Assembly (NCBI GenBank): GCA_029933125.1
Contig: JAOZOU010000004.1
Span: 7,240 to 71,239, forward strand
Direction of reading: 5' to 3'
DNA: 64,000 nucleotides
Origin: a bacterium
Lineage (GTDB): Bacteria > Arandabacterota > Arandabacteria > Arandabacterales > Arandabacteraceae
Under the pieces are notes generated by a model. The model searched no databases and was not told where the DNA came from. It worked only from the letters and a program-made list of their open reading frames with translations. Both the position numbers and the translations under genes were made by a program. Every line of letters starts with the position of its first letter. Within the stretch, counting starts at the first letter, position 1. Shown here piece by piece: positions 1 to 10,328 of this stretch.

Positions 1-84
1 ATCGTCGAGGACAGTTTCAGCGAGTGGCGAGAGGAATTTCTTGCTAAGATATCTTCTCAGAAGGATTAGACTGGAGGTGACCAG

Positions 85-432
85 ATGTGGTTATTGGCAA
101 GTTTAGTTCAATTGGTAATGCCGGTGCTTGGTCAATGTGACCAGCAGACACAGGGACAGCAAGGTGGTGGGGCGCTCATAGGACTTTGGCCAATCATTTT
201 GATCTTTGTAATCTTCTACTTTCTTCTGATTCGGCCACAACAGAAGAGGCAGAAGGAGCATCAGAGGATGCTGGAATCACTTAAGAAAGGTGATCGCGTT
301 GTGACATCAGGTGGCATCTACGGGACTGTTGTTGGCGTCAAGGACAACATCATTGTTCTTAAGATTGCCGATAATGTGAAGGTCGAGTTTGCTAAGTCTG
401 CAGTATCACACATCCTAACGAGAGAACAATGA
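85..432 (+). CDS. yajC: Preprotein translocase subunit YajC
   Basis: FYFLLIRPQQKRQKEH...LKKGDRVVTSGGIYG signature; RBS GGAGGTG upstream. Confidence 0.95.
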   Translation: MWLLASLVQLVMPVLGQCDQQTQGQQGGGALIGLWPIILIFVIFYFLLIRPQQKRQKEHQRMLESLKKGDRVVTSGGIYGTVVGVKDNIIVLKIADNVKVEFAKSAVSHILTREQ

Positions 433-959
433 GCCAGCCAGAGATTATAAGGCTTTACGGTGATCCGGTTCTCAGGGTTGTATGCTCACCCGTTGAAGAA
501 GTCGATAGCGAAGTTAGGGAACTCGCCTCCAAGCTCATCGCAACAGTTGACCATGCCCAGGGCTTGGGCTTAGCTGCGCCCCAGATAGGGGTGGCAAAGC
601 GGGTGATTGTTGTTGTTGGGACCCACGACGAGCAACGGAGACATCATGTTGTTGCGAATCCTGAGATAGTTTCAGCATGTGGAGAGGATGTCTCGGAGGA
701 AGGATGTCTTAGCATTCCTGGGATCTATGCAGCTGTCAAACGTCCGCAGAGCGTGATTGTGAAAGGATTCGACATCGACGGTAATGAGATCTCAATTGAG
801 GCAAGCGGACTCATGGCTAGAGCATTTGCCCACGAGATAGACCATCTCGATGGCATCCTCTTCATTGACAGACTAAGCATGGTCAAGCGTGGATTGCTGA
901 GGAGGAAACTTAAGGAGATAAGCAAGCGAGCCAGGGAAAACTTGAGTCCCAAACGATGA
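429..959 (+). CDS. def: Peptide deformylase
   Basis: GLGLAAPQIG, EGCLS, HEIDHLDG motifs; ATGA overlap with yajC. Confidence 0.97.
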   Translation: MSQPEIIRLYGDPVLRVVCSPVEEVDSEVRELASKLIATVDHAQGLGLAAPQIGVAKRVIVVVGTHDEQRRHHVVANPEIVSACGEDVSEEGCLSIPGIYAAVKRPQSVIVKGFDIDGNEISIEASGLMARAFAHEIDHLDGILFIDRLSMVKRGLLRRKLKEISKRARENLSPKR

Positions 960-1912
960 GAATTGTTTTCTGCGGTAGTCCTGAATTTGCGGTTCCGAGC
1001 CTCAAGGGACTATTGGCGAGTGAGCATGAAATCATTGCTGTCGTTACACAGCCTGATCGTCCGGCTGGCCGTGGATTGAAACTCAAGCCACCACCTGTTA
1101 AACAGGTTGCCATTGAATACGGGATTGAAGTATTCCAGCCTGAAAAATTCAATACAACATCTTTCCTTGATAGAATCGAGGCACTCGAACCTGATCTCAT
1201 CGTTGTTGTAGCTTACGGCAAGATATTCCGCAGAAGAAGCCTCAGCATCCCGAGACTGGGGTGCATCAATCTTCATGCCTCGCTACTTCCAAAATACAGG
1301 GGCATTGCGCCCGTGAATTGGGCGATAATAAATGGTGAAACAAGGACAGGCGTGACAACCATTTTTATGGATGAAGGGATTGACACGGGTGATATCATTC
1401 TCTCAAAGGAAGTGGCGATTGGCGAAGATGAGACAGCGGGGGAGCTCCTTTCAAGGCTGGCTCAGGTTGGTGCAGAGGTTCTCGTTGAGACATGTAATCT
1501 TATTGCAAGAGGCGAGGCTACACGCATCAAGCAGAAGGACGCACTCGCTTCATATGCGCCCAAGCTCACCAGGGAGATTGGTTTGATAAGGTGGAGTGAG
1601 CCGGCTCGCAAAATTCACAATCTCATTCGTGGTGTAACACCCTGGCCAGGTGCAGTCGCGAGGGTTGGTGAGAGACGTGTGAAAATATTGAGAACCTCAA
1701 TCTCATCTGATGCATGTGGACTTCCGGGTGAAATAAAGCAGGTGGATGCCTCAATGGGGATTCTTGTTTGCTGTGGTAACGGTGGGATCTGGCTAAAAGA
1801 GCTTCAGGCACCAGGCAAGAAGCCACTTCATGGCGCTGACTTTGCAAGAGGCTACCGTCTTGGGATTGGTGATTTCCTGGGAGAGGGATCATTTGAGGAT
1901 TCTAAAGGGTAA
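956..1912 (+). CDS. fmt: Methionyl-tRNA formyltransferase
   Basis: VVTQPDRPAGRG, NLHASLLPKYRG, MDEGIDTGD; follows def. Confidence 0.97.
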   Translation: MRIVFCGSPEFAVPSLKGLLASEHEIIAVVTQPDRPAGRGLKLKPPPVKQVAIEYGIEVFQPEKFNTTSFLDRIEALEPDLIVVVAYGKIFRRRSLSIPRLGCINLHASLLPKYRGIAPVNWAIINGETRTGVTTIFMDEGIDTGDIILSKEVAIGEDETAGELLSRLAQVGAEVLVETCNLIARGEATRIKQKDALASYAPKLTREIGLIRWSEPARKIHNLIRGVTPWPGAVARVGERRVKILRTSISSDACGLPGEIKQVDASMGILVCCGNGGIWLKELQAPGKKPLHGADFARGYRLGIGDFLGEGSFEDSKG

Positions 1913-2741
1913 GAACCTTTTCATATTGCTTTCCTTCCTTGGTGTAGTGTTCCTGGGGATCGTGCTTCTGGGTTGCTGGTATCTTGTGACTCCACGTCTC
2001 ATGGAGATAGGGCCGCAATTGCCCGTGATTGCAGGGATTGCTATTTTAGGATTCTACCTTGGCATCGTAAGTCTTCTTAGCCTTATCGTCCTTAGTGCCT
2101 ATCTTGAGAAAGATCTCATTTCTGCCAAGAAGGTAACGGTACGCATTCTCTTCCCCCTTGCAACTGTTATTGGTAGGTTCCTCAGAATACCTCAGGATGA
2201 AATCAGAGCGTCATTCATAGAGATGAACAATTCACTTGTTAAGTCCTCAGCGAAGCTCATCCCTGGAGACAGGTTGCTTCTGCTTCTACCCCATTGCCTT
2301 CAGAACTTCAATTGTCCTCACAGAGTCACAGCAGAAGTTCGCAACTGCCGCCACTGCGGTGGATGTGAGATAGCCGACCTCATCGATATGTGTGATCGCT
2401 ATGGAATAAGAATGTCAATAGCAACAGGAGGTACGCTTGCAAGAAGGGTCATTGTTGAGACAAGACCCAATGCCATAGTGGCTGTGGCTTGTGAACGCGA
2501 CCTGACAAGTGGAATTCAGGATAGCTATCCAATACCTGTTATAGGTGTGCTCAATGAGCGTCCATACGGCCCGTGTCGCAACACAAGGGTTGATCTTACG
2601 CTTGTTGAAAATGCTATTAGGTTTTTCCTTAAGACCCAATCCCCTGATAGCATCGGAGGCGGTGTGGCGGCGCGGAGATCTCAACAGAGGGAGAAGCAGT
2701 GGCAAGCATCTCAGCACGTGAAATCGCACTCCGGGTCCTGA
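1893..2741 (+). CDS. DUF116 family membrane protein (Cys-rich, probable Fe-S/metal binding)
   Basis: LLLPHCLQ, CxxCxxC, ATGGTLAR, AVACERDL, GPCxNT motifs; two N-terminal TM helices; TTG 1893 with GAGAGGG RBS preferred over ATG 1830. Confidence 0.85.
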   Translation: MRILKGKNLFILLSFLGVVFLGIVLLGCWYLVTPRLMEIGPQLPVIAGIAILGFYLGIVSLLSLIVLSAYLEKDLISAKKVTVRILFPLATVIGRFLRIPQDEIRASFIEMNNSLVKSSAKLIPGDRLLLLLPHCLQNFNCPHRVTAEVRNCRHCGGCEIADLIDMCDRYGIRMSIATGGTLARRVIVETRPNAIVAVACERDLTSGIQDSYPIPVIGVLNERPYGPCRNTRVDLTLVENAIRFFLKTQSPDSIGGGVAARRSQQREKQWQASQHVKSHSGS

Positions 2742-4027
2742 TTGACTACCCTGGCAGAGCCAAACCCGATGAGCTTCTTGAACGATACCTTAAGCAATAT
2801 CACCTTGAGCGGAGGGAACGTGCACTTGCAACTCATCTTGTCAGCGGCACGATCAAGTGGAGAAGGAAACTTGATTTTGTCATAAGGAATCTCTCGCGCA
2901 AGGGTCGAGTTGTGTCACAAGTTGCTCTCAATGCATTGCGACTTTCCCTCTATCAGCTCATGTTTCTTGATAGGGTGCCTGCCTATAGCGCTACCAATGA
3001 AGGTGTGGATCTAGCAAAAAAATACGGAGACAGGTTCGAGGCGAACTATGTGAATGCAATTCTCAGGCGTTTCTTGAGGGAGCGCGAATCCATCGTATTC
3101 CCTGATATCGAGAAGGATCCTGTTCGCCACATCTCGACTGTATGGTCGCACCCACCGTGGCTTGTGCGTAGGTGGCTTAAAAGATATTCAGTCGAGGAGA
3201 CGATTAGGCTGGCTCGAGCAAACAATCGCATTCCCGACATCGGTTTGAGGGCAAATCTGCTCCGAACTTCGCTCGATGAGCTAAAGCAGCTCCTGAGTGC
3301 TGAAGGAGCAAAGATAGTGAGCGAAGGTTTTGCTGGCTTACCTCATCTCTATGTAAGAGGTTTAAGCTCAATTGATACGACACACGCATATAGGCACGGT
3401 CTCGTTCAGATACAAGATGCAGCTTCAGCACTTGTGGGCAAAGTGGTCTCGCCTGAGCCCGAGAGCTTGATAATTGACCTTTGTAGTGCACCAGGCGGTA
3501 AGGCAACCCATCTCTATGAGCTGGTTCACGGACGGGGAACAATTGTTGCAGCTGATGTTTCGCTTAAGCGCCTGGCAAAGGTTAGACTCAATGCCCAACG
3601 CCTCGGGCACGGTGGGATGCTATTTGCGGTGAGCGATGCACGCCAACCTGCCTTCGGCAATTGTGATTTTGTGCTTGTTGATGCTCCATGCACTGGCATT
3701 GGTGTATTGGCAAGAAGATGGGACCTGAGATGGGCAAAACGTGAAAATGATATCAAACGCATGGCAGCTCTACAGATTGAGATTCTCACAAGTGCAATCG
3801 AAGTTGCCCGCAAAGGTGGCATCGTGGTATACAGTACGTGCAGTATTGAGCCTGAAGAGAATGAGGGAGTTGTTGAAAGCGTGCTAAAGAAGCGAGATAA
3901 TGTCCGCTTGAGCGACATAAGTCGTCTTGTGCCTTCGGAAGTCGTCTATAGATATGGAATGATGTTGACACTGCCTCATATTCATGGAGTAGATGGAATG
4001 TTCGCTGCAAGGCTGGAGCGAGTCTAA
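2699..4027 (+). CDS. rsmB: 16S rRNA m5C967 methyltransferase RsmB (NusB-like N-terminus)
   Basis: DLCSAPGGK, VDAPCTG, YSTCS, ENE motifs; def-fmt-rsmB synteny. Confidence 0.95.
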   Translation: MASISAREIALRVLIDYPGRAKPDELLERYLKQYHLERRERALATHLVSGTIKWRRKLDFVIRNLSRKGRVVSQVALNALRLSLYQLMFLDRVPAYSATNEGVDLAKKYGDRFEANYVNAILRRFLRERESIVFPDIEKDPVRHISTVWSHPPWLVRRWLKRYSVEETIRLARANNRIPDIGLRANLLRTSLDELKQLLSAEGAKIVSEGFAGLPHLYVRGLSSIDTTHAYRHGLVQIQDAASALVGKVVSPEPESLIIDLCSAPGGKATHLYELVHGRGTIVAADVSLKRLAKVRLNAQRLGHGGMLFAVSDARQPAFGNCDFVLVDAPCTGIGVLARRWDLRWAKRENDIKRMAALQIEILTSAIEVARKGGIVVYSTCSIEPEENEGVVESVLKKRDNVRLSDISRLVPSEVVYRYGMMLTLPHIHGVDGMFAARLERV

Positions 4028-4030
4028 AAG

Positions 4031-4762
4031 ATGCGGCGCTTTCTTGCTTACTTTGCTGTAGCCATAGGCGCGATTGTTGGTATAGCGCTTGTTCTCAATC
4101 TTGTGATGAGCATTATTGTTGGTGGACGTCAGGTGGCTGTTCCCGATGTTCGAGGGCTTTCACCTCAACGAGCTGCTGAGCTCCTCTCTAAGGCTGGGCT
4201 TCGCTATGATATTGCTCATGAGAGTTTCTCAGTGGAATTCCCTGAAAGCATGATATGCGATCAAAAGCCTGTCCCAGGACACGTTGTCAAGCAGGGAAGG
4301 ACGATAGAGCTCACAATGAGCAAGGGGGTTCAATTCCAGGATGTGCCCTTCTGCATTGGAAGACCTTTTCGTGGCGCAACAATAATGCTAGAAAGAGCTG
4401 GTTTTACAATTGGTGCTGTTGCTCGTGTCTCTCAACTGAAGGGTTATCCTGGTGAAGTCATAACAACTGAGCCTCCTCCAGGAACAAAGGTACTCAAGGG
4501 CAGCCGTATCAATCTCCTTGTGAACGCGGGAATGCCTCAAGCCCGTGTCATCTTGCCAGACCTTAGAGGCAAGCCTTACCTACCAACAAAGATGAAGCTT
4601 GAGCGTCTCGGACTTCTTGTGAGACAATCGAGTCTTGACAAGAACTTCAATCCTCTGAGATCACGCATATTGATGCATGAGCCTGTTGCAGGTTCGATTG
4701 TATCGCGCGGTGATACGATCGACCTTGTTATATCCGCTGAGATGGAGTCTCAGAACCTATGA
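4031..4762 (+). CDS. PASTA domain-containing membrane protein (three repeats)
   Basis: N-terminal TM plus VPDVRG, VPFCIG and LPDLRG PASTA repeats. Confidence 0.85.
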   Translation: MRRFLAYFAVAIGAIVGIALVLNLVMSIIVGGRQVAVPDVRGLSPQRAAELLSKAGLRYDIAHESFSVEFPESMICDQKPVPGHVVKQGRTIELTMSKGVQFQDVPFCIGRPFRGATIMLERAGFTIGAVARVSQLKGYPGEVITTEPPPGTKVLKGSRINLLVNAGMPQARVILPDLRGKPYLPTKMKLERLGLLVRQSSLDKNFNPLRSRILMHEPVAGSIVSRGDTIDLVISAEMESQNL

Positions 4763-5463
4763 AGCCATTAAGAGTAGCGCCATCACTTCTTTCAGCTGAC
4801 TTTGCACACCTGCGTGAAGAGATTGAGATGGTTGAAGCAGCTGGGGCTGATCTTCTTCATATCGATGTTATGGATGGGCATTTTGTCCCCAACATAACCT
4901 TTGGTCCCATGATTGTTTCGGCAATCAGGCGTCTGGCAGATGCAGATCTTGATGTTCACCTTATGATCTCCGAGCCGGGCAGATACCTGAGCAGATTTAT
5001 CGAGGCTGGCTCAACCTACGTTACTTTCCATGTTGAGGCCGTCGGTGAGGCTTCCCGCCTCCTTGAGGAGGGAAGGAGACTCGGGGTGAAGGTTGGTATT
5101 GCCATAAATCCTGCAACCAGTCTTGAAGTCGCTGAGCCTGCACTGGAAATTGCTGATCTTGTTGTCATGATGACGGTGAATCCTGGTTTTGGTGGGCAGG
5201 CTTTCATTCGTCAAGTTGTGCCAAAGATAAGAGCGCTTTATGAGAAACGCGAGAGCGAGGGCTATGTGTTCTTCATAGAGGTGGACGGTGGTGTGAACCC
5301 TGAAACCGCAACCATTGCTGCCTGGGCCGGGGCAGACATTCTAGTGGCCGGAGCTGCTATCTTCAAGAGCTCGGACCCAGCAGCAGCCTTTGAAGCTATA
5401 AAGAGGGCTGGGCTTGAGGGTGCTGCCATGCGGAGCGATCCGAAGGCTTTTCCTCTTGCGTAA
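4759..5463 (+). CDS. rpe: Ribulose-phosphate 3-epimerase
   Basis: APSLLSADF, HIDVMDGHFVPNITFG, MTVNPGFGGQ, EVDGG. Confidence 0.97.
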   Translation: MKPLRVAPSLLSADFAHLREEIEMVEAAGADLLHIDVMDGHFVPNITFGPMIVSAIRRLADADLDVHLMISEPGRYLSRFIEAGSTYVTFHVEAVGEASRLLEEGRRLGVKVGIAINPATSLEVAEPALEIADLVVMMTVNPGFGGQAFIRQVVPKIRALYEKRESEGYVFFIEVDGGVNPETATIAAWAGADILVAGAAIFKSSDPAAAFEAIKRAGLEGAAMRSDPKAFPLA

Positions 5464-5511
5464 CCCCAGGATGGGTGTTAACATAACTCCTCGAGAGAGA
5501 GTCCCTAAGAG

Positions 5512-5538
5512 CCCACCGTGTACGGTGGTTTTGCTTTT
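5512..5538 (+). terminator. Intrinsic terminator/attenuator hairpin between rpe and ffh
   Basis: CCACCGT-GT-ACGGTGG followed by TTTTGCTTTT. Confidence 0.6.
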
Positions 5539-5558
5539 ATCTATATGTGGAGTCGGAA

Positions 5559-6881
5559 ATGTTTTCCGAGCTGACACACAAACTTGAAGGTGTACTTAAG
5601 CGCCTGCGGGGCCAGGGTAAGATAAGTGAGCAGAACATAGCTGATGCTCTTAAAGAAGTACGCCTGGCGCTTCTCGAGGCAGATGTTAACTACAAGGTTG
5701 TCAAGCAGTTCACCGAGGCAGTGAAGACTAAGGCCCTCGGCAGGGAGGTTCTGACAAGCATCACCCCTGGTCAGCAGTTCGTCAAGATCGTCTTTGACGA
5801 GCTTCGCAATCTCATGGGTGAGGGAGCAAGTGAGATATCTTTTGCTTCGGTGCCGCCGACTGTGATATTGCTTGCAGGTCTGCAGGGTTCAGGCAAAACG
5901 ACAGTTGCCGCCAAACTCGCACGTCGATTCAAGCAGAAGGGCAAAAAAGGTATTCTCATTGCTGGCGATGTGTATCGCCCTGCAGCAATAGAGCAACTTA
6001 AGACTTTGGCTAAAGCAGTTCCAGTTGAAATCTACTATGAGAAGGAAAATCGCGGAGTCGTCGAGATAGTCGAACGCGGTCTTGAGATCGCTCGCAAAAG
6101 GGTACTGGATTGCGCCATAATTGACACAGCCGGTCGTCTCCACATTGACGACTCAATGATGGATGAAATTCGCGAGATAAAGCAACGTGTCAATCCGAAT
6201 GAGACCATTCTTGTAGCAGATGGAATGACTGGTCAGGATGCAGTTAGCGTTGCCAGCAAGTTCAGCGATAGTCTTGGGATTGACGGTGTGATTCTTACAA
6301 AGATGGATGGAGATGAGAGGGGTGGTGCAGCTCTTTCCATCAAGGCTGTTTCAGGGGCTCCAATTCGCTATATTGGTGTTGGTGAGAAGCTTGATGCTCT
6401 CGAGGTTTTCCATCCTGATCGCATGGCATCGCGAATTCTCGGCATGGGCGATGTGCTTACGCTTGTTGAGAAGGCTGAGGCAGCTATAGATGCTAAAGAG
6501 GCTGAGCGACTCCAGAGAAAACTTCTCAAAGAGACCTTTACGCTTGAGGACTTTCTTGTTCAAATAAAGCAGATAAAGCGCATGGGTCCGCTTGAGGACA
6601 TAATCGGTATGATACCCGGACTATCCAAGCTCAAAGGTATCGATGTTGACGAAAGAGCTGTTGTACGTGTAGAAGCTATAATAAACTCGATGACACGGGA
6701 GGAAAGGATAAATCCTGATATGATAGATGGAAGCCGGCGGCGTCGTATTGCTGCAGGCAGCGGTACGAAGGTGCAGGACGTAAACAGATTGCTTAAGGAT
6801 TTCCAGCAAGTGAGGAAACTCGTAAAGCAGATGAAAAAAGGTAAGCTTGGTGGTATGCTAAGATCGATGCTTAGCGGTTAA
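5559..6881 (+). CDS. ffh: Signal recognition particle protein Ffh
   Basis: ALLEADV, GLQGSGKTT, DTAGR, TKMDGD and Met-rich M domain; start ATG 5559 (MFSEL). Confidence 0.98.
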   Translation: MFSELTHKLEGVLKRLRGQGKISEQNIADALKEVRLALLEADVNYKVVKQFTEAVKTKALGREVLTSITPGQQFVKIVFDELRNLMGEGASEISFASVPPTVILLAGLQGSGKTTVAAKLARRFKQKGKKGILIAGDVYRPAAIEQLKTLAKAVPVEIYYEKENRGVVEIVERGLEIARKRVLDCAIIDTAGRLHIDDSMMDEIREIKQRVNPNETILVADGMTGQDAVSVASKFSDSLGIDGVILTKMDGDERGGAALSIKAVSGAPIRYIGVGEKLDALEVFHPDRMASRILGMGDVLTLVEKAEAAIDAKEAERLQRKLLKETFTLEDFLVQIKQIKRMGPLEDIIGMIPGLSKLKGIDVDERAVVRVEAIINSMTREERINPDMIDGSRRRRIAAGSGTKVQDVNRLLKDFQQVRKLVKQMKKGKLGGMLRSMLSG

Positions 6882-6904
6882 TAGCATTTCAGGTTGGAGG
6901 TGGA

Positions 6905-7240
6905 TTGATGCCAGTTCGAATTAGGCTCATGAGGATGGGTTCGAAGCGAAAGCCCTTCTATCGTTTTGTGGTTGCGGATTCAAGGAATAAGCGTGACGGT
7001 GCTTTTCTTGATCAGGTTGGATATTACAATCCAATTGTTAAGCCTTTTGAGATCAAAGTTGACGAGGAGAAAGTCTTCGCTTGGCTCTCGAAAGGTGCGC
7101 AGATATCAGAAGGAGCACATAGCCTTCTTAAGAAAGCTGGTGTTTTAGCACGATGGGAAGCCAGACGTAGCCAAAAGGCTGAGACACACGCTAAGCAGGA
7201 GGAGGTGGAAACAACTAAAGAAGAATCTCAGGACCAGTAG
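6905..7240 (+). CDS. rpsP: 30S ribosomal protein S16
   Basis: VRIRLMRMGSKRKPFYRFVVADSR...GYYNP. Confidence 0.97.
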   Translation: MMPVRIRLMRMGSKRKPFYRFVVADSRNKRDGAFLDQVGYYNPIVKPFEIKVDEEKVFAWLSKGAQISEGAHSLLKKAGVLARWEARRSQKAETHAKQEEVETTKEESQDQ

Positions 7241-7328
7241 CAGTGTTTCCCCATGGGGATGCCGACGCGAAAGGTAGCGAGAAGATGGAGTCAGAGCGCA
7301 GCGCTGGAGTTCGAGGGGGGATTTAAGG

Positions 7329-7559
7329 ATGAAAGAGCTGGTTGAATACATTGCAAAAGCTCTCGTGGACAATCCAGATATGGTACAGGTTAGAGAAGTT
7401 GAGGGTGAAAAAACAACCGTTTACGAATTGCGGGTGGGACCCGGCGATTTAGGCAAGGTGATAGGTAAGCGCGGTAGAACAGCCCGCTCTATCAGAACTC
7501 TACTCAACGCTGCTGCTACGAAGGCTGGGAAACGAGCTGTACTGGAGATTCTCGAGTGA
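7329..7559 (+). CDS. khpA: KH domain RNA-binding protein KhpA
   Basis: [17 protein letters not shown]; rpsP-khpA-rimM synteny. Confidence 0.93.
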   Translation: MKELVEYIAKALVDNPDMVQVREVEGEKTTVYELRVGPGDLGKVIGKRGRTARSIRTLLNAAATKAGKRAVLEILE

Positions 7560-8086
7560 GTGAGGATCCAGACTTCGTCTTGATAGGTATCATAAGGCGT
7601 GCTCATGGGCTAAAGGGGGAGGTGTGTGTCGAACCCATCTCCCAGGCTCCTGGTCGCTTCGAGACTCTTACCACAGTTCTGCTCGAGAAAGGCTCCGGAA
7701 TTTCTGAGGTAGAGGTTGAAAGTGTGCGCTGGATGCGCAATCTTGTTCTCGTCAAAATTGCTGGCATTGATGACAGAGATGCTGCACAAGAGCTTCGTGG
7801 AGCACGGCTTGGCGTGAGGCTCTCCGAAGTTTTGCCTCTCCCGGAGGATTCCTACTATGTCTTTGAAATAGTAGGGTGCAGGGTGCATGGCAGAAATGAC
7901 AGACTCATAGGTGAAGTCGTTGATGTGCTTGAGATGCCGGCGAACGATGTTTTTGTTGTTGATACAGCTAAGGGTGAGGTTCTCATACCTGCGGTAAAGG
8001 ACATTGTAAAGAGGGTTGACATAGACAACAAAAGGATTTGGATTGAGGAGATCGAAGGACTGGTGGATGGGGCAGATGAAGTTTAA
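7556..8086 (+). CDS. rimM: Ribosome maturation factor RimM
   Basis: [14 protein letters not shown], PANDV, EVLIP. Confidence 0.95.
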   Translation: MSEDPDFVLIGIIRRAHGLKGEVCVEPISQAPGRFETLTTVLLEKGSGISEVEVESVRWMRNLVLVKIAGIDDRDAAQELRGARLGVRLSEVLPLPEDSYYVFEIVGCRVHGRNDRLIGEVVDVLEMPANDVFVVDTAKGEVLIPAVKDIVKRVDIDNKRIWIEEIEGLVDGADEV

Positions 8087-8819
8087 CATCCTTACACTGT
8101 TTCCTGGAATGTTCAGAGGTCCTTTCGAGGAGAGCATCGTGAAGTCTGCCATTGAAAATGGAATCATAGAGATAAATATTGTTGATATCAGAGATTTCAC
8201 GAGTGACAGGCATCGTACTACTGATGATTATCCCTTCGGTGGCGGATCAGGTATGATACTCAAGCCCGAACCTGTTTTCCTTGCAGTTGAATCTGTTCTT
8301 GGTGATCGCCCTGCCTCAAGCTTACCAATAATCTTGCTTTCGCCGCAGGGAAGGGTTTTTAATCAGCAGATAGCCAAGGAGCTTAGCAGGCAACAGGAAA
8401 TTATCCTGATCTGTGGTCATTACAAGGGTGTGGATGAAAGGATAAGACTCCATTTGGCAAATGATGAGATATCGCTTGGTGACTTTGTGATCTCAGGTGG
8501 GGAGCTGGCTGCCATGGTAATTGTGGACGCTGTCACACGTCTCGTGCCAGGGGCACTGGGAGATTTCTCTTCAGCCGAAACAGATTCCTTCTATGAGGGG
8601 CTGCTCGAGTGTGGGCATTACACGCGTCCAAGGAATTTTCGTGGCTATGAAGTGCCTGAAGTACTGGTCAGTGGGAATCATGAAGCCATACGTATCTGGC
8701 GAAGAAGGGACTCTTTGAGAAAGACCCTGCTTAAGAGGCCAGATCTGCTCGAGAGAGTCAACTTGAGTGACGAGGACAGCCAGTTGCTTGATGAGATAAG
8801 GGCGGAAATCTCTAACTAA
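8076..8819 (+). CDS. trmD: tRNA (guanine-N1)-methyltransferase TrmD
   Basis: [35 protein letters not shown]; start ATG 8076. Confidence 0.97.
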   Translation: MKFNILTLFPGMFRGPFEESIVKSAIENGIIEINIVDIRDFTSDRHRTTDDYPFGGGSGMILKPEPVFLAVESVLGDRPASSLPIILLSPQGRVFNQQIAKELSRQQEIILICGHYKGVDERIRLHLANDEISLGDFVISGGELAAMVIVDAVTRLVPGALGDFSSAETDSFYEGLLECGHYTRPRNFRGYEVPEVLVSGNHEAIRIWRRRDSLRKTLLKRPDLLERVNLSDEDSQLLDEIRAEISN

Positions 8820-8830
8820 AGACTGGAGGA

Positions 8831-9175
8831 TTGGCGATGGATGTGATTGATGCCATGGAGAAAGAGTACGAGAAGAATAGGTTTCCTGACTTTAAGCCCG
8901 GTGATACCATTAGAGTGCACGTCAGAGTGATCGAGGGGCAGAAGGAGCGAATCCAGGTTTTCGAAGGCACGGTGATTCAGATAAGAGGCAAGGGCACAGG
9001 CAAGACTTTCACCGTGCGCAAGATTACAGGTGGCTTGGGAGTTGAGCGCATTTTCCCCTATCACACGCCTTCGATTGCCAAGATCGAGGTTGTAAGAAGA
9101 GGTAAGACCAGACGTGCGAAGCTCTTCTATCTCAGGGAGCGCAAAGGCAAAGCTGCGCAGGTTAAGTCGTTGTGA
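8831..9175 (+). CDS. rplS: 50S ribosomal protein L19
   Basis: [35 protein letters not shown]. Confidence 0.98.
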   Translation: MAMDVIDAMEKEYEKNRFPDFKPGDTIRVHVRVIEGQKERIQVFEGTVIQIRGKGTGKTFTVRKITGGLGVERIFPYHTPSIAKIEVVRRGKTRRAKLFYLRERKGKAAQVKSL

Positions 9176-9194
9176 GTCGGGACGGGAGCGGGTT

Positions 9195-9797
9195 ATTGAC
9201 ATTGAGGGGCACCTGCGCCAGGCTGGCTATCATACCATAGCTGGGGTGGATGAGGCTGGCAGAGGTCCTCTTGCTGGTCCTGTTGTTGCCGCTGCTGTTA
9301 TTCTTGGAAACCATGTGCCTGGTGGCATAAAGGATTCCAAGAAACTCACTGCTCATCAACGCTCGACTCTTGCCCAGGCGATAGGTTCTAGCGCCGTTGA
9401 CATTGGTGTAGGCATTGTTGCACCCGCAGTGATTGACCGCCTCAACGTTCTTGAGGCTACACGTCTTGCGATGAAGCAGGCACTTGAATCACTGAGTGTT
9501 GCTTTCGATTGCGCTATCATCGATGGTGATGTGCTTCCCGATGTTGACGTACCTGCTGTTGGGGTAGTGAGAGGTGATTCGCTATGCCCTTCCGTAGCAG
9601 CTGCTTCAATCGTTGCCAAGGTTGTTCGTGACCGATGGATGGTGTCAATGGATGTGGTCTATCCCCACTACAACTTCAAATCCAACAAGGGCTATGGTAC
9701 GAAGGGGCATATGGAAGCTCTCAGAAGGTTCGGACCATCACGCATTCACCGCTATTCTTTTGAGCCTGTCCTACGATTTCTCGAGGGAAGATCTTGA
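9195..9797 (+). CDS. rnhB: Ribonuclease HII (start uncertain: ATT 9195 or GTG 9114)
   Basis: AGVDEAGRGPLAGPVVAAA, DSKKL, AASIVAKV, NKGYGT. Confidence 0.95.
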   Translation: MDIEGHLRQAGYHTIAGVDEAGRGPLAGPVVAAAVILGNHVPGGIKDSKKLTAHQRSTLAQAIGSSAVDIGVGIVAPAVIDRLNVLEATRLAMKQALESLSVAFDCAIIDGDVLPDVDVPAVGVVRGDSLCPSVAAASIVAKVVRDRWMVSMDVVYPHYNFKSNKGYGTKGHMEALRRFGPSRIHRYSFEPVLRFLEGRS

Positions 9798-10162
9798 AAA
9801 ACACAAGAGCGCAAGGAAGTGATTTTGAAGACATTGCTTGTGATTATCTTCGGAGCAAGGGCTATGAGATCATTGGAAGGAATGTCACTATCCTGCGCAA
9901 AGAGCTCGACATCGTTGCTCTCGATGGTGATACAGTTGTGTTTGTCGAAGTCAAAGGTAGGAAATCGCTTGACTACGGTTTACCTGCTGAGGCTATTGAT
10001 GAGAGAAAGAGGATGAAAATCATCAGGGCGGCAACCGCATATCTTGAGCAGGCCAGGATGTGGGGTAGACCTGCAAGATTCGACGTTATAGGTATCCTGG
10101 CTGATGCCGAGGGTCACATGGCTATAGACCATATAACCGACGCCTTTAGCATTACATCGTGA
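9794..10162 (+). CDS. YraN/UPF0102 family putative endonuclease
   Basis: GxxxEDxAxxYL, ELDIVA, VFVEVK, RFDVI; usual position after rnhB. Confidence 0.9.
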   Translation: MKNTRAQGSDFEDIACDYLRSKGYEIIGRNVTILRKELDIVALDGDTVVFVEVKGRKSLDYGLPAEAIDERKRMKIIRAATAYLEQARMWGRPARFDVIGILADAEGHMAIDHITDAFSITS

Positions 10163-10172
10163 GGATGCTACA

Positions 10173-10328
10173 ATGAGGTGGTACTGGTGGGTTCTTACGA
10201 TTATTCTTGCGCTCAATGCTTTTGTAATTGTCGCAGTAGCTATCTTCATTATCTATGATCGCTACAGGGCTCGCAAAGCACTTCGAAGTCAGAAACCGGA
10301 TAGGCAGCATCATAGGAGGGCGGAATGA
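10173..10328 (+). CDS. Small single-TM membrane protein (51 aa; not in the ORF track)
   Basis: MRWYWWVLTIILALNAFVIVAVAIFIIYDRYRARKALRSQ...; fills the gap, GAGG RBS, stop overlaps next ATG (ATGA). Confidence 0.65.
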   Translation: MRWYWWVLTIILALNAFVIVAVAIFIIYDRYRARKALRSQKPDRQHHRRAE

